Assembly (NCBI GenBank): GCA_045650355.1
Contig: JAZRRC010000106.1
Span: forward strand, 1-52,441
Source: Candidatus Avispirillum sp.
GTDB taxonomy: Bacteria; Bacillota; Clostridia; Oscillospirales; CAG-272
Direction of reading: 5' to 3'
DNA: 52,441 nucleotides
Below the pieces are notes generated by a model. It did not search any database and was not told where the DNA came from. It worked only from the letters and a program-made list of their open reading frames with translations. Below, piece by piece: positions 24,176 to 33,776 of the stretch (the stretch's first letter is position 1; every line of letters starts with the position of its first letter). The position numbers were made by a program, and so were the translations under genes.

Positions 24176-27007
24176 TCAGTTTGTTCCTGCTATTACTCTG
24201 ACGAGCACGTTGGAATCCATGCCGTTGATCACGCCATTATTATCAAAATCTCCTGCAAGGATCTGCTCCTCTGTGGGTGTGAGAATTCCTGCAAGAATTC
24301 TCTTCATGAGGTTTGCATCCATGGAGTTAACAGCACCGTCGCCGTTAATGTCGCCGGGGGTGTACTCAGGCTCAACCACGCTGTCGGGATCAGCCTCACC
24401 GCACACAGAGCAAGCGCCGTTCTCAAATTTATGTCCCTTTGCAGAGACAGGGATTCTGAGCTCGTTTCCGGCATCATCCTTTGTGAGAGTCTCATAGCCG
24501 CAATACTGACACCAATCTGTGCTGAATCCGTCCTCGGTACAGGTTGCTGTATCCTTGAGGAAGACCATATGCTTCTGTGCGCCTATTCTTTCATCACAAG
24601 CTGTGCAATATACAGAATGGGCAGCATCGGAATATTCCTCGAATCTGTAATAGTCCTCGTTGTCGTGGAATGCAGTAGTCTTCACAGTCTTTTTATATCC
24701 GCAAAGATCACAGGCAAAGATCTCCTCGCCATCAGTTGTACAGGTGGGAGCATCTCCGGAAACCTTAGTGAAGCAATCGCCCTTTGTATGAAGAGCGGGA
24801 ATATATTCATCATATTCCGCATCGCAATTCTTGCAGCTATACACTACAGTGCCTACTGTGAGGCATTCTGCATTCTTTGTTACCTTGCCGCTATCCCAGT
24901 CGTGGTCGCACTTTTCAGAAAGGACAGCCGCCTCAAGAGCATTGCCGAGATCCATTCTGACAGCATTCATAATATCATACTCGTCCATAGAGGAATCAAA
25001 GGCGCTTCTGTTAAATCCGGGAAGAGAAAGATAGCGAACAAGGTTTGTGGAAACACGGGATACAACGTCCTTTGCCGCCTTCTCACCGAGATATTCCTCA
25101 AGCATTGTGAGCATCTGGTATTCCTCAACACCGTCGCGCATGAGCTCGATACGGACAGTGCCTACGTAATCGGAAACACCGCGCATCTTCGCCTGAGATG
25201 CACCGTAGAAAAGAACACCGTTGCCGTAGAAGGTGCTTCCGTTATAGGTGTACTTATTGGTTCTCCACTCGCACATTGTAAATGAGCCTGTTGTAGTATT
25301 ATCAAAGGTATTTGTGCCGTACTGATCGTCTACCTCAGACCAGCCGTTAACGGAATAGTTGAGATAACCGGTGATATCGTTCTGATAGCACTGCCAGAAC
25401 ATCATCTTTGTCTGAAGGCCTGTGTTCTCGATAAGGTGATTTGCGTATGTATAGCAATAGTTGGCACCTGCACCGTATGTCCAGAGGCGGGAGTTCGCAG
25501 TCTCCCCCTTTTCCTTAGCTACTGCCATTGCGGAATAAATTCTGTCGGAAAATTCGCCAAAGAGATTATTCCAATTATAGTAGCCGACACCGTAGAAAAG
25601 GTCAACTCCCACAGTACCGCTTGCGGAATTGTTTGCACCGTAGGTATAAAGATTGGAAATAGTAGCGCTGAGCTCACGCACAGGCTCTCCGTTCATACCC
25701 TTATAGCCTGCCGCTGTAAGCTCGTACTGAGGTGTGAATGCATATATCTGAGGACACCAGATGGAAACGCCGCCCTGCTCAAGCATTGCCTGAGTTGCAT
25801 CCATCAGCTGATAGTCCTTATAGGTGGACATTGCGTTTGTATAATGGAAATAGGGATAGGGATGGTTTTCATGGTAGGGCACCGTTGTCATGGGGGATTC
25901 CCAATAATCGGAGAGGTGACTGTAGAAGGTCTTAACGTCGTCAACGGTTGCGTTTTTGGAGCCTGTGAGCTTATTCCATACAGCACCGACGGGCTCGTCT
26001 GCAGTATAGAAATAGAACTTATCCTTCACAGAGTCCCACACGTCGCTTGTGGAAAGCTCATTATAAACGTCGAGATAATTGATATATTCAACGTTTGTGC
26101 CTATCTCTCCGTAGCTGTTATTAGCTCCGCCGCCGCCATAGGTGACACGGACCGCATTTACACGGGGATTTGTGAGATAGGGGTTATCGCTTGTAAGTCC
26201 GCCGGGAATATCCATTGCCACAAGGCGGTTTTCAAGAAGATAATCGTAAAACTTCTGATAGGAGCCGCCGTATGTAGTATCGTTTCCGAGATACAGAGCT
26301 GTTTCAAATGCAGTTTCCTCGCTCAGCTCAAAATCCCATACGTAGCAATATACTGTTGCAGTCTTAACTGTCTCGCCTGCGGAATTTTTGATATCAAGGC
26401 TGGCAGAATACCAGCCCGCGGGAGTATTCGCATCAGTTTTTACCCTGATGTAAAAGGCCTGGCTCTTGCCTGCATTCAGCTGGAATTTTCCGCCTATCTT
26501 CTTGAGAGGATAGATGGGGTCGGGAGTTTCTCCCTCTCTGATGGGAGTTGTTTCGCTGTTTGCAGTATAGACAAACTCATCGGAAATATCGGAAATCGTG
26601 ATATACATCTGATAATATATCTCAGCGGGAATAATATTTCCGTTGCTATCCTTAAATTCCGATACAGTTGCGCTCATACCCGCTCTTTTTGTATCAGAAT
26701 AAAGCACAAACTGGATATTCTCGATCTCATTCTTTGCCATATACGCAGAATACGTATCCATGCCTGAGGGAGATTTATCCTCGGTCAGCACCTTCTTGAA
26801 GGAATGCTCAAACCAAAGATTGAGCGAGCTGTCCTCATAGGGGGCTATTTCCTTGACATAGCTTTTTGCGGGGTCATCCCATGATGCAGTCGTAGCAGGG
26901 GCAGCTATTGCAACGGCACCCATAACAGAGATAACCGCAAGGGAGAGCATTATCATCTTAATTATTTTTCTCATAACGCTGACCGTACCTTTCTTCTTTT
27001 TTATCAT
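24176..27007 (-). CDS. secreted dockerin-bearing protein with a DUF4091/GH123-like domain and Cys-rich modules
   Basis: Signal peptide MRKIIKMIMLSLAVISVMGAVAIA. The large N-terminal domain has a YTADEP (Asp-Glu pair) motif. The C-terminal type I dockerin is GDINGDGAVNSMD...GDFDNNGVINGMD. The start is uncertain (27007 or 26974; the track gives 27046). Confidence 0.8.
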   Translation of the reverse strand: MIKKKKGTVSVMRKIIKMIMLSLAVISVMGAVAIAAPATTASWDDPAKSYVKEIAPYEDSSLNLWFEHSFKKVLTEDKSPSGMDTYSAYMAKNEIENIQFVLYSDTKRAGMSATVSEFKDSNGNIIPAEIYYQMYITISDISDEFVYTANSETTPIREGETPDPIYPLKKIGGKFQLNAGKSQAFYIRVKTDANTPAGWYSASLDIKNSAGETVKTATVYCYVWDFELSEETAFETALYLGNDTTYGGSYQKFYDYLLENRLVAMDIPGGLTSDNPYLTNPRVNAVRVTYGGGGANNSYGEIGTNVEYINYLDVYNELSTSDVWDSVKDKFYFYTADEPVGAVWNKLTGSKNATVDDVKTFYSHLSDYWESPMTTVPYHENHPYPYFHYTNAMSTYKDYQLMDATQAMLEQGGVSIWCPQIYAFTPQYELTAAGYKGMNGEPVRELSATISNLYTYGANNSASGTVGVDLFYGVGYYNWNNLFGEFSDRIYSAMAVAKEKGETANSRLWTYGAGANYCYTYANHLIENTGLQTKMMFWQCYQNDITGYLNYSVNGWSEVDDQYGTNTFDNTTTGSFTMCEWRTNKYTYNGSTFYGNGVLFYGASQAKMRGVSDYVGTVRIELMRDGVEEYQMLTMLEEYLGEKAAKDVVSRVSTNLVRYLSLPGFNRSAFDSSMDEYDIMNAVRMDLGNALEAAVLSEKCDHDWDSGKVTKNAECLTVGTVVYSCKNCDAEYDEYIPALHTKGDCFTKVSGDAPTCTTDGEEIFACDLCGYKKTVKTTAFHDNEDYYRFEEYSDAAHSVYCTACDERIGAQKHMVFLKDTATCTEDGFSTDWCQYCGYETLTKDDAGNELRIPVSAKGHKFENGACSVCGEADPDSVVEPEYTPGDINGDGAVNSMDANLMKRILAGILTPTEEQILAGDFDNNGVINGMDSNVLVRVIAGTN

Positions 27008-27064
27008 TTTATCACACCGAGCCGAAAAAATCCATATAGAAATCATACTATTTTTAATTACACT

Positions 27065-27092
27065 TTACAAGCAGCTCTTTTTTTGTTATAAT
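27065..27092 (+). promoter_or_regulatory. sigma-A-type promoter of the O-antigen-ligase-like gene
   Basis: TTACAA (27065-27070), 16 bp, TGT-TATAAT (27087-27092). Confidence 0.45.
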
Positions 27093-27130
27093 TAGGAGAA
27101 TAAATTCAGGAAAAGAAAGGAGAATAAATC

Positions 27131-28474
27131 ATGAAAAAAACACTTGCCGCAGCTATGGAATTTGTGCTTTCATTTCTCCTTTTGCTTCTCAATCTCATAA
27201 ATTACCACTCCCCTGTTAACAGCTTCGTCTTTTTAGCCGCAGGTACTGCTTTGTTCGTTTCCCTTTTCTGGGTTTGCGCAACAAAATCAAAAAACTTTCT
27301 TGTTGCCTGCGCTATGATGTTCTGCCACACCTGGCAGATATCCTGGTATAACATTTTCGGCAAGTCTACTGATGCTCTGCAGCTTCCCTGGTTCTACGTG
27401 GTCGGAGTATTGATCGTAGCATATGCGATCTTTAATTACCGCAAATTGTATACGGCAAGCGTCAGCACCGCATTCATCTCAAACCTCATACTTGTCGTTG
27501 TATTTGCCTTTATTCCTCTGGTTCTTGCCCCCTCTGTTTCGGAGGCCCTCAAGGAATATATTATGATCATGTTCTTTGTGGTCATCGTAGCAGTCACTTT
27601 CTTTTGCTCAAACACAGCAGAAAACAAGGCTCTCGAGCACGTTTTAAACTCTTATGTCTGGTGCTCCTTTATTTCATGCATTCTTATCATTTTCCAGGCT
27701 GTTATGTTCTTTGCTTTCGGAGTTTACTTCTTCTACCACTCTCAGGGAGTATTTTTCGGCAATGCCACACAGACCTTCGGACTTCTTATGCAAGATTTGA
27801 GCAGCGCCACCATCATGCTGGGAAGCGCAGTATTTATCTGTATCAGCAAAATTGAAAAAAAGAAAAATATTGTTATAAATTCTTTAATTATCCTCGTGAT
27901 AATAATAGGAATGACCTTTACGACCCGAAGAACAAGTACTGTATCCCTTGTTGTTATTCTTGCTCTTTACGCTCTCACTCACTACAAAAGCACTGTCAAA
28001 AAAATCGTTGCGATATTCTTCTTTGCCGTCGTTGCGGGTGTTATGCTGTACTATTTCCAGTATTCCCGTCCCATGGAGGACCTCTCCATGATCTTTTACG
28101 ACAACGCCCGATTTGAAAACTATATAAGAGTAATCGAGGTTGTTTTCACTCATCCCTTCGGAGTGGGATTCGATTCATCTTACGCAAACACGTTTATGGC
28201 AAACGGCATCGCCCCTCACAACACATTCCTCCGATGGACCCTGATGGGAGGACCGCTGTTTTCCGTATCTCTCATGGCAGTTCCCATCTACACCTTGTTT
28301 GTTGCATACAAGAAAAAGCTGACCGTTATTTTCTGGATCATTCTTTACTCTGTTTTGGCATCAAACTTCATCCCAGATATTCTTACCGCGAGATTCTTCG
28401 TTATCCCTTGTCTGTGCGCCCTGCTGTTCAAGGGCGAGGACAAGAACGATCCGATAAAGATCCGATCCCGATAA
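27131..28474 (+). CDS. O-antigen ligase / Wzy-family polytopic membrane protein
   Basis: At least ten TM helices; TTRRTSTVSL and PHNTFLRWTLMGGP resemble the Wzy_C loop; AAAGGAG Shine-Dalgarno. Confidence 0.7.
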   Translation: MKKTLAAAMEFVLSFLLLLLNLINYHSPVNSFVFLAAGTALFVSLFWVCATKSKNFLVACAMMFCHTWQISWYNIFGKSTDALQLPWFYVVGVLIVAYAIFNYRKLYTASVSTAFISNLILVVVFAFIPLVLAPSVSEALKEYIMIMFFVVIVAVTFFCSNTAENKALEHVLNSYVWCSFISCILIIFQAVMFFAFGVYFFYHSQGVFFGNATQTFGLLMQDLSSATIMLGSAVFICISKIEKKKNIVINSLIILVIIIGMTFTTRRTSTVSLVVILALYALTHYKSTVKKIVAIFFFAVVAGVMLYYFQYSRPMEDLSMIFYDNARFENYIRVIEVVFTHPFGVGFDSSYANTFMANGIAPHNTFLRWTLMGGPLFSVSLMAVPIYTLFVAYKKKLTVIFWIILYSVLASNFIPDILTARFFVIPCLCALLFKGEDKNDPIKIRSR

Positions 28475-28475
28475 A

Positions 28476-28506
28476 AAATCCGTCTCCTTGTCAGAGACGG
28501 ATTTTT
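28476..28506. terminator. bidirectional terminator between convergent genes
   Basis: AAATCCGTCTC / GAGACGGATTT 11-bp stem, 7-nt loop, A-run and T-run. Confidence 0.75.
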
Positions 28507-28507
28507 A

Positions 28508-29524
28508 TTATTTTGCTTTTTTTGAAAACAGCTCGGTAGGGCGGAAAAAGACATTGTATATCCTCATCTTTTTTATAACAATGGCCCAGATAACCGGCAA
28601 GGCAGTTCCCACAACGGTACCAATAACAAGCATAGCAACACTGCTGTTGATTCCGATTATTTTAAGGGCGCTTCGCATCGCTGCTGTGAGTATGCAGTGC
28701 GTTACGTATATCTCCAGAGAATAGGATCCGATAAAACAGAAAAACCGCGAGCTTCCGAGAGCTGATACCTTATAAAACAGATTAAAGAATGCAAGGCCCA
28801 GTACGGAAGGCAAAAGCACGTCTGTCACCAGCGGAATATAGGGAATGCTGAAAAATACGTATACCGCCAAAAGAGCCGCGCCGACCACCGTCAGCAAAGC
28901 AAATGCTATCTTTGAATCTGCAATCATCCGACCGTATCTTGCAAAGAAAATTCCAAGATAGAAGAAAAGCATATGCAAAAGAAGGATTCGCACGGGAATT
29001 ACAATATCGAAATCCAGCGGATTTCCAAGGGCGCTGACAATTGCCACTATGCCGATCTTCACATATTCGGGAATCGAAAGCTTTATGAAAAAATAAAAGA
29101 AAACATAGTAGAAAAGCAGAACGAACGTGAACCAGAAGGGTGACATGGGTCGGACAGGCATTAAAAGGAGATCGCTGACTGTGACCTTTGTATTTGTATA
29201 ATCAGAGGCTAAGAACTGAATCACCCATTGAACGGTGCTGAACAGAAAATAAACGTAGACCGTATTGATAAGCTGCTTTTTGAATTTATGAACACTCTGT
29301 TCTCTTTTTTTGCAATATGCAAGATAAAAGGTGTATCCTGCCAGCATCCAGAAAAGAGGCATATGAAAGGAGTATACCGCTCTGTCCAGAGCCTTCAGTG
29401 CAGTCGTATCCTGCAAAAACATATTTGCCGTAATTATTCCCTTGTTCATATGTCCGAGAACAACAAGAATGATCGCAAAGCCTTTACAGCTGTCAAGCCA
29501 TTTTATTCTTCCTGCAGAGCCCAT
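28508..29524 (-). CDS. acyltransferase family 3 membrane protein
   Basis: N-terminal RIKWLDSCKGFAIILVVLGHM, typical of acyltransferase-3/OatA-like proteins; about ten TM helices; GGGGAG Shine-Dalgarno. Confidence 0.8.
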   Translation of the reverse strand: MGSAGRIKWLDSCKGFAIILVVLGHMNKGIITANMFLQDTTALKALDRAVYSFHMPLFWMLAGYTFYLAYCKKREQSVHKFKKQLINTVYVYFLFSTVQWVIQFLASDYTNTKVTVSDLLLMPVRPMSPFWFTFVLLFYYVFFYFFIKLSIPEYVKIGIVAIVSALGNPLDFDIVIPVRILLLHMLFFYLGIFFARYGRMIADSKIAFALLTVVGAALLAVYVFFSIPYIPLVTDVLLPSVLGLAFFNLFYKVSALGSSRFFCFIGSYSLEIYVTHCILTAAMRSALKIIGINSSVAMLVIGTVVGTALPVIWAIVIKKMRIYNVFFRPTELFSKKAK

Positions 29525-29647
29525 AATATCTCCCCTTTTTCACTGTTATACTGTGAGTATAACACAAAGTCCGTTTTTTTTCAACTGCAAATCACCATCG
29601 GCAAATAAGAATATACCCTTCGCCCCTAAATACATAGAGTTTTACTC

Positions 29648-29676
29648 TTGATTTAAAGCTTTCTATTTGATATAAT
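29648..29676 (+). promoter_or_regulatory. sigma-A-type promoter of lepA
   Basis: TTGATT (29648-29653), 17 bp ending in TGA, TATAAT (29671-29676). Confidence 0.5.
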
Positions 29677-29711
29677 TAATTATTAGGAATAAAAAAGGAA
29701 GGAAAGAAAAA

Positions 29712-31532
29712 ATGGCAGCATCTTCCGAAAGACTTGAACATATAAGAAACTTTTCAATAATTGCCCATATCGACCACGGTAAGTCCACTCTTGCGGACAG
29801 AATCCTTGAGTTCTCCGAAACTGTGGAAAAGCGTGATATGGAGGAGCAGCTCCTCGACGATATGGAGCTTGAGCGTGAGCGCGGTATTACTATCAAGGCC
29901 CGTGCCGTTCGTATCGACTACAAGGCAAAAAACGGTGAGCAGTATCAGCTCAACCTTATCGACACCCCCGGACACGTTGACTTTAACTACGAGGTTTCCC
30001 GTTCTCTCAACGCTTGCGAGGGCGCACTTCTCGTTGTTGACGCAACACAGGGAATCGAGGCTCAGACTCTTGCAAACGCATATCTTGCAGTTGATGCAGA
30101 CCTTGAGATCGTTCCCGTTATCAATAAGATCGACCTCCCCTCTGCTATGGTAGATAAGTGCCGCGAGGAGATCGAGGACGTTATCGGTATTCCTGCTGAG
30201 GGCTGTCCCGCAGTATCTGCCAAGACCGGTCTCAACATAGGCGACGTTCTTGATGCTATTATCGAATATATCCCCGCACCTAAGGGTGACGAGGAGGCTC
30301 CCCTCAGAGCTCTTATTTTCGACTCCGTTTACAACTCCTATCTCGGCGTTGTAGTTTATCTCCGTATTATGGACGGTACGGTTAAGCCCGGCGACAAGAT
30401 CCGTCTTATGAGCACAGGCGCAGAATTCGACGTTGTTGAGGTTGGCGCTATGTCTCCCTTCGGTCTTGTAAAGCAGGAATGCCTCAAGGCTGGTGAGGTT
30501 GGATATATCACAGCCTCCATCAAGACTGTTTCCGAAACAAGAGTCGGTGATACTGTTACTCTTGCAACCAATCCCTGTGAGGAGGCTCTCCCCGGATTCC
30601 AGAGCGTTCAGCCCATGGTTTACGCAGGTATCTATCCCGCAGACGGTGCAAAGTACAACGAAACCAAGGAAGCTCTTGAAAAGCTCCGTCTTAACGACGC
30701 AGCTCTCGTTTTCGAACCTGAGACCTCTGCGGCTCTCGGATTCGGCTTCCGTTGCGGATTCCTCGGACTTCTCCACATGGAGATCATTGAGGAGCGTCTT
30801 GAGCGTGAATTCAATCTTGATATCATCACAACCGCTCCCTCCGTTATTTACGAGGTTAAGGTTCACGGCGGCGAGATCATCAAGGTAGACAATCCTACAA
30901 ACTACCCTGCTCCCGATGCTATCGAAACATCCTACGAGCCTATCGTTGCGGCTTCCATCATCACCCCCGCAGAGTACGTTGGCGGTATTATGGACCTTTG
31001 CCAGGACAGACGAGGCGAGTATCTTGATATGAAGTATCTCGACACAGACCGTGTTGAGCTTCACTACAACCTCCCCCTCAACGAGATCATCTACGACTTC
31101 TTCGATGCCCTCAAGAGCCGCAGCCGCGGTTATGCATCTCTTGACTACGAGATGAAGGGCTACGTTGAAAGCGACCTCGTTAAGCTTGACTTTATGCTCA
31201 ACGGCGACGTTGTTGACGCTCTTACCTTTATCGTTCACCGTGAAAAGGCATATACAAGAGCAAGAAAGATTGCCGCAAAGCTTAAGGACAACATCCCCCG
31301 TCAGCTCTTTGAGGTGCCCATCCAGGCAGCTATCGGCTCCAAGATCATCGCCCGCGAGACTGTTAAGGCTATGAGAAAAGACGTTCTTGCAAAGTGCTAC
31401 GGCGGTGACATTACCCGTAAGAAGAAGCTCCTTGAAAAGCAGAAGGAAGGTAAGAAGAAGATGCGCCAGCTTGGTAGCGTTCAGGTATCTCCCGAGGCCT
31501 TCATGGCAGTTCTCAAGCTTGACGATGAATAA
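29712..31532 (+). CDS. lepA: translation elongation factor 4
   Basis: [17 protein letters not shown] and NKIDL; 606 aa; typical LepA C-terminus ([15 protein letters not shown]). Confidence 0.95.
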   Translation: MAASSERLEHIRNFSIIAHIDHGKSTLADRILEFSETVEKRDMEEQLLDDMELERERGITIKARAVRIDYKAKNGEQYQLNLIDTPGHVDFNYEVSRSLNACEGALLVVDATQGIEAQTLANAYLAVDADLEIVPVINKIDLPSAMVDKCREEIEDVIGIPAEGCPAVSAKTGLNIGDVLDAIIEYIPAPKGDEEAPLRALIFDSVYNSYLGVVVYLRIMDGTVKPGDKIRLMSTGAEFDVVEVGAMSPFGLVKQECLKAGEVGYITASIKTVSETRVGDTVTLATNPCEEALPGFQSVQPMVYAGIYPADGAKYNETKEALEKLRLNDAALVFEPETSAALGFGFRCGFLGLLHMEIIEERLEREFNLDIITTAPSVIYEVKVHGGEIIKVDNPTNYPAPDAIETSYEPIVAASIITPAEYVGGIMDLCQDRRGEYLDMKYLDTDRVELHYNLPLNEIIYDFFDALKSRSRGYASLDYEMKGYVESDLVKLDFMLNGDVVDALTFIVHREKAYTRARKIAAKLKDNIPRQLFEVPIQAAIGSKIIARETVKAMRKDVLAKCYGGDITRKKKLLEKQKEGKKKMRQLGSVQVSPEAFMAVLKLDDE

Positions 31533-31611
31533 AGCGTGAAACTGCGTTCAGTTTTTGACGCAAATTTACTTTTTCACGCCGCTTTGCCACAGGCAAAGCC
31601 AAAGTTACTTT

Positions 31612-32577
31612 ATGAAAACTCCTATTCTGATCCTCGCTCCAATGGCGGGATTTACCGATGCTCCCTTTCGACTTATGTGCTATGACCGTGGCGCTGACTT
31701 TTGCATCAGCGAAATGATCTCTGCCAAGGCCATGACCTTCAAGGATAAGAAAACCGCAGAGCTTTCCTATCTGCCTAAAGGTGACAGCAAAACTGCCATT
31801 CAGATCTTCGGACACGAGCCCGACGTTATAGCAGAAGCGGCAAGCATGCTCGCACAAGGCTTCTTTGAGGGCTGCAGATACGAGGAAATGCCTGTTGCCA
31901 TCGATATCAATATGGGCTGTCCCGTTAAAAAGATCGCTCTCTCCGGAGACGGAAGCGCTCTTATGAAGGATCCCCTGCTGGCAGGAAGGATCGTATCGGC
32001 AGTTAAAGAAAAGATAAATCTCCCCGTAACCGTAAAGATCCGCGCAGGATGGGACGAGAAATCAAAAAATGCCGTTGAGGTCGCAAAGGCATGCGCCGAT
32101 GCGGGAGCCTCCGTTGTAGGAGTGCACGCAAGGACCCGTGAGCGCCTTTACTATCCCGGAATCGATATGGATATTATTGCCCGTGTCCGAGAGGCACTTC
32201 CCCCTGAGGTTAAGGTTATCGGAAACGGTGACGTTACAGACGGCGAAAGCGCTTATAAAATGTATAAGGAAACTGCCTGCGACGGCATTATGATAGGCCG
32301 TGAGGCTCTGGGCAATCCCTGGATATTCAACGAAATAAAAGCGTACTTCGAGGGATGCGAATTCATCCCCCCTACCACCGAGGAGCGTATTGCAGCAGCA
32401 ATCGAGCTGGTTTCTGCAATCGTGGACCTCAAGGGAGAGGACCGAGGTATCCGTGAAGCGAGAGGACGTGCCGCTCACTTCATTCGCGGAATGAGAGGAA
32501 GCGCAGAAACCCGTGCCGCCCTCAACTCCTCAGCCTCCCTCAACGAATTTAAAGAAATACTTCAAAAAGTAATATAA
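31612..32577 (+). CDS. tRNA-dihydrouridine synthase
   Basis: LAPMAGFTDAPFRLMC, DINMGCPVKK and VKIRAGWD. Start taken at MKTPILIL; the ORF-track extension from 31555 crosses intergenic hairpins. Confidence 0.85.
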   Translation: MKTPILILAPMAGFTDAPFRLMCYDRGADFCISEMISAKAMTFKDKKTAELSYLPKGDSKTAIQIFGHEPDVIAEAASMLAQGFFEGCRYEEMPVAIDINMGCPVKKIALSGDGSALMKDPLLAGRIVSAVKEKINLPVTVKIRAGWDEKSKNAVEVAKACADAGASVVGVHARTRERLYYPGIDMDIIARVREALPPEVKVIGNGDVTDGESAYKMYKETACDGIMIGREALGNPWIFNEIKAYFEGCEFIPPTTEERIAAAIELVSAIVDLKGEDRGIREARGRAAHFIRGMRGSAETRAALNSSASLNEFKEILQKVI

Positions 32578-32593
32578 ACGAAAGGATATTATC

Positions 32594-33736
32594 ATGTTTT
32601 GTCCTAATTGCGGCAACAACGTAGGCGAGGGAAACTTCTGCCCGAACTGCGGCACGCCAATAAACAAAGGAAACACTCAGACTCCTCCTAACCAGTCCGG
32701 CTTTAACGACCAGCTGGAAAAAACTGCCGATGGCCTCAAGAAAAAGGTGGTTGATACCTTTACGGAAATGACGGGAGGAAATTCAGACGACATAAAATTC
32801 AGTCTTAACGACCTCTGGTGCGACGTTTTCAAAAAGCACACCTCCGAGGAAAGCGACAGCCTCCTTATCAGCGGCACCTCCCATACCACTCCCTCTCTCA
32901 GAGAGCTTTGCACAACGTGGAACCGCCCCTGGCTGTATTCCCGAGTGTTCATCGTGCTTCTTATCACATTCGCACTTCTTACCGCTTGTACATATCTGTT
33001 CCAGAACATTATTGCTATCCCCGGAGTTATGTTTATCGGTGCGATGGTTATCCCCTTCACTCTCCTCGTTCTTTTCTGGGAAACAAATATCCCTAAAAAC
33101 ATAAGCATTTTCAAGCTTGTTACTATATTTTTCATCGGAGGAGTTGCCTCGATAATCTTCTCCCTTATCCTTTTCACCATCTTCCCCGTTGAGCAGCTCG
33201 ACTACATTGGCGCAACAGTTACGGGAATCGTTGAAGAGGTTGGAAAGCTGGCCATCGTATTTATACTTATCAAGCAGCTTGACTGCAAGTATATCCTCAA
33301 CGGAATCCTTATAGGAGCCACAGTAGGAGCAGGCTTTGCTGCTTTTGAATCTGCAGGCTATGCGCTGGCATACGGCAATGATATTAACGGCATCCTTGAG
33401 GTCACCGTTATGCGTGCTATCCTTTCTCCCGGCGGTCATATCGTCTGGGCGGCAATATCCGGCGCTGCTGTGATGTTTGCAAAGGGTGACGAAAAGCTGA
33501 ACTTTGGCGTTTTCAAGAGTGCGAAATTCTGGCGTCTTTTCCCCGTACCCGTGGTGCTTCACGCAGTATGGGATATGCCCATTCCCCTTTCTCCCTATCT
33601 TATGTACGGCGGTCTTATCCTTATCGCATGGGTGTTTATTCTCGCCCTTCTTCGATCCGGCATGTCTCAGGTATCACGCCTTTGTATAATTGCCGCAAGC
33701 GAAAGCACAACAGAAAATTCATACGAATCCCATTAA
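32594..33736 (+). CDS. PrsW-family intramembrane protease with N-terminal zinc ribbon
   Basis: CPNCG-x10-CPNCG; a soluble linker; TM core with EEVGKLAIV, GFAAFESAGY and GGHIVWAAISGA. Confidence 0.8.
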   Translation: MFCPNCGNNVGEGNFCPNCGTPINKGNTQTPPNQSGFNDQLEKTADGLKKKVVDTFTEMTGGNSDDIKFSLNDLWCDVFKKHTSEESDSLLISGTSHTTPSLRELCTTWNRPWLYSRVFIVLLITFALLTACTYLFQNIIAIPGVMFIGAMVIPFTLLVLFWETNIPKNISIFKLVTIFFIGGVASIIFSLILFTIFPVEQLDYIGATVTGIVEEVGKLAIVFILIKQLDCKYILNGILIGATVGAGFAAFESAGYALAYGNDINGILEVTVMRAILSPGGHIVWAAISGAAVMFAKGDEKLNFGVFKSAKFWRLFPVPVVLHAVWDMPIPLSPYLMYGGLILIAWVFILALLRSGMSQVSRLCIIAASESTTENSYESH

Positions 33737-33739
33737 AAA

Positions 33740-33776
33740 ATCCCGATATCGGATATTCCGATATCGAGATTTTTTT
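33740..33776. terminator. bidirectional terminator between convergent genes
   Basis: ATCCCGATATCGGA / TCCGATATCGAGAT stem (one mismatch), loop TAT, A-run and T-run. Confidence 0.7.
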
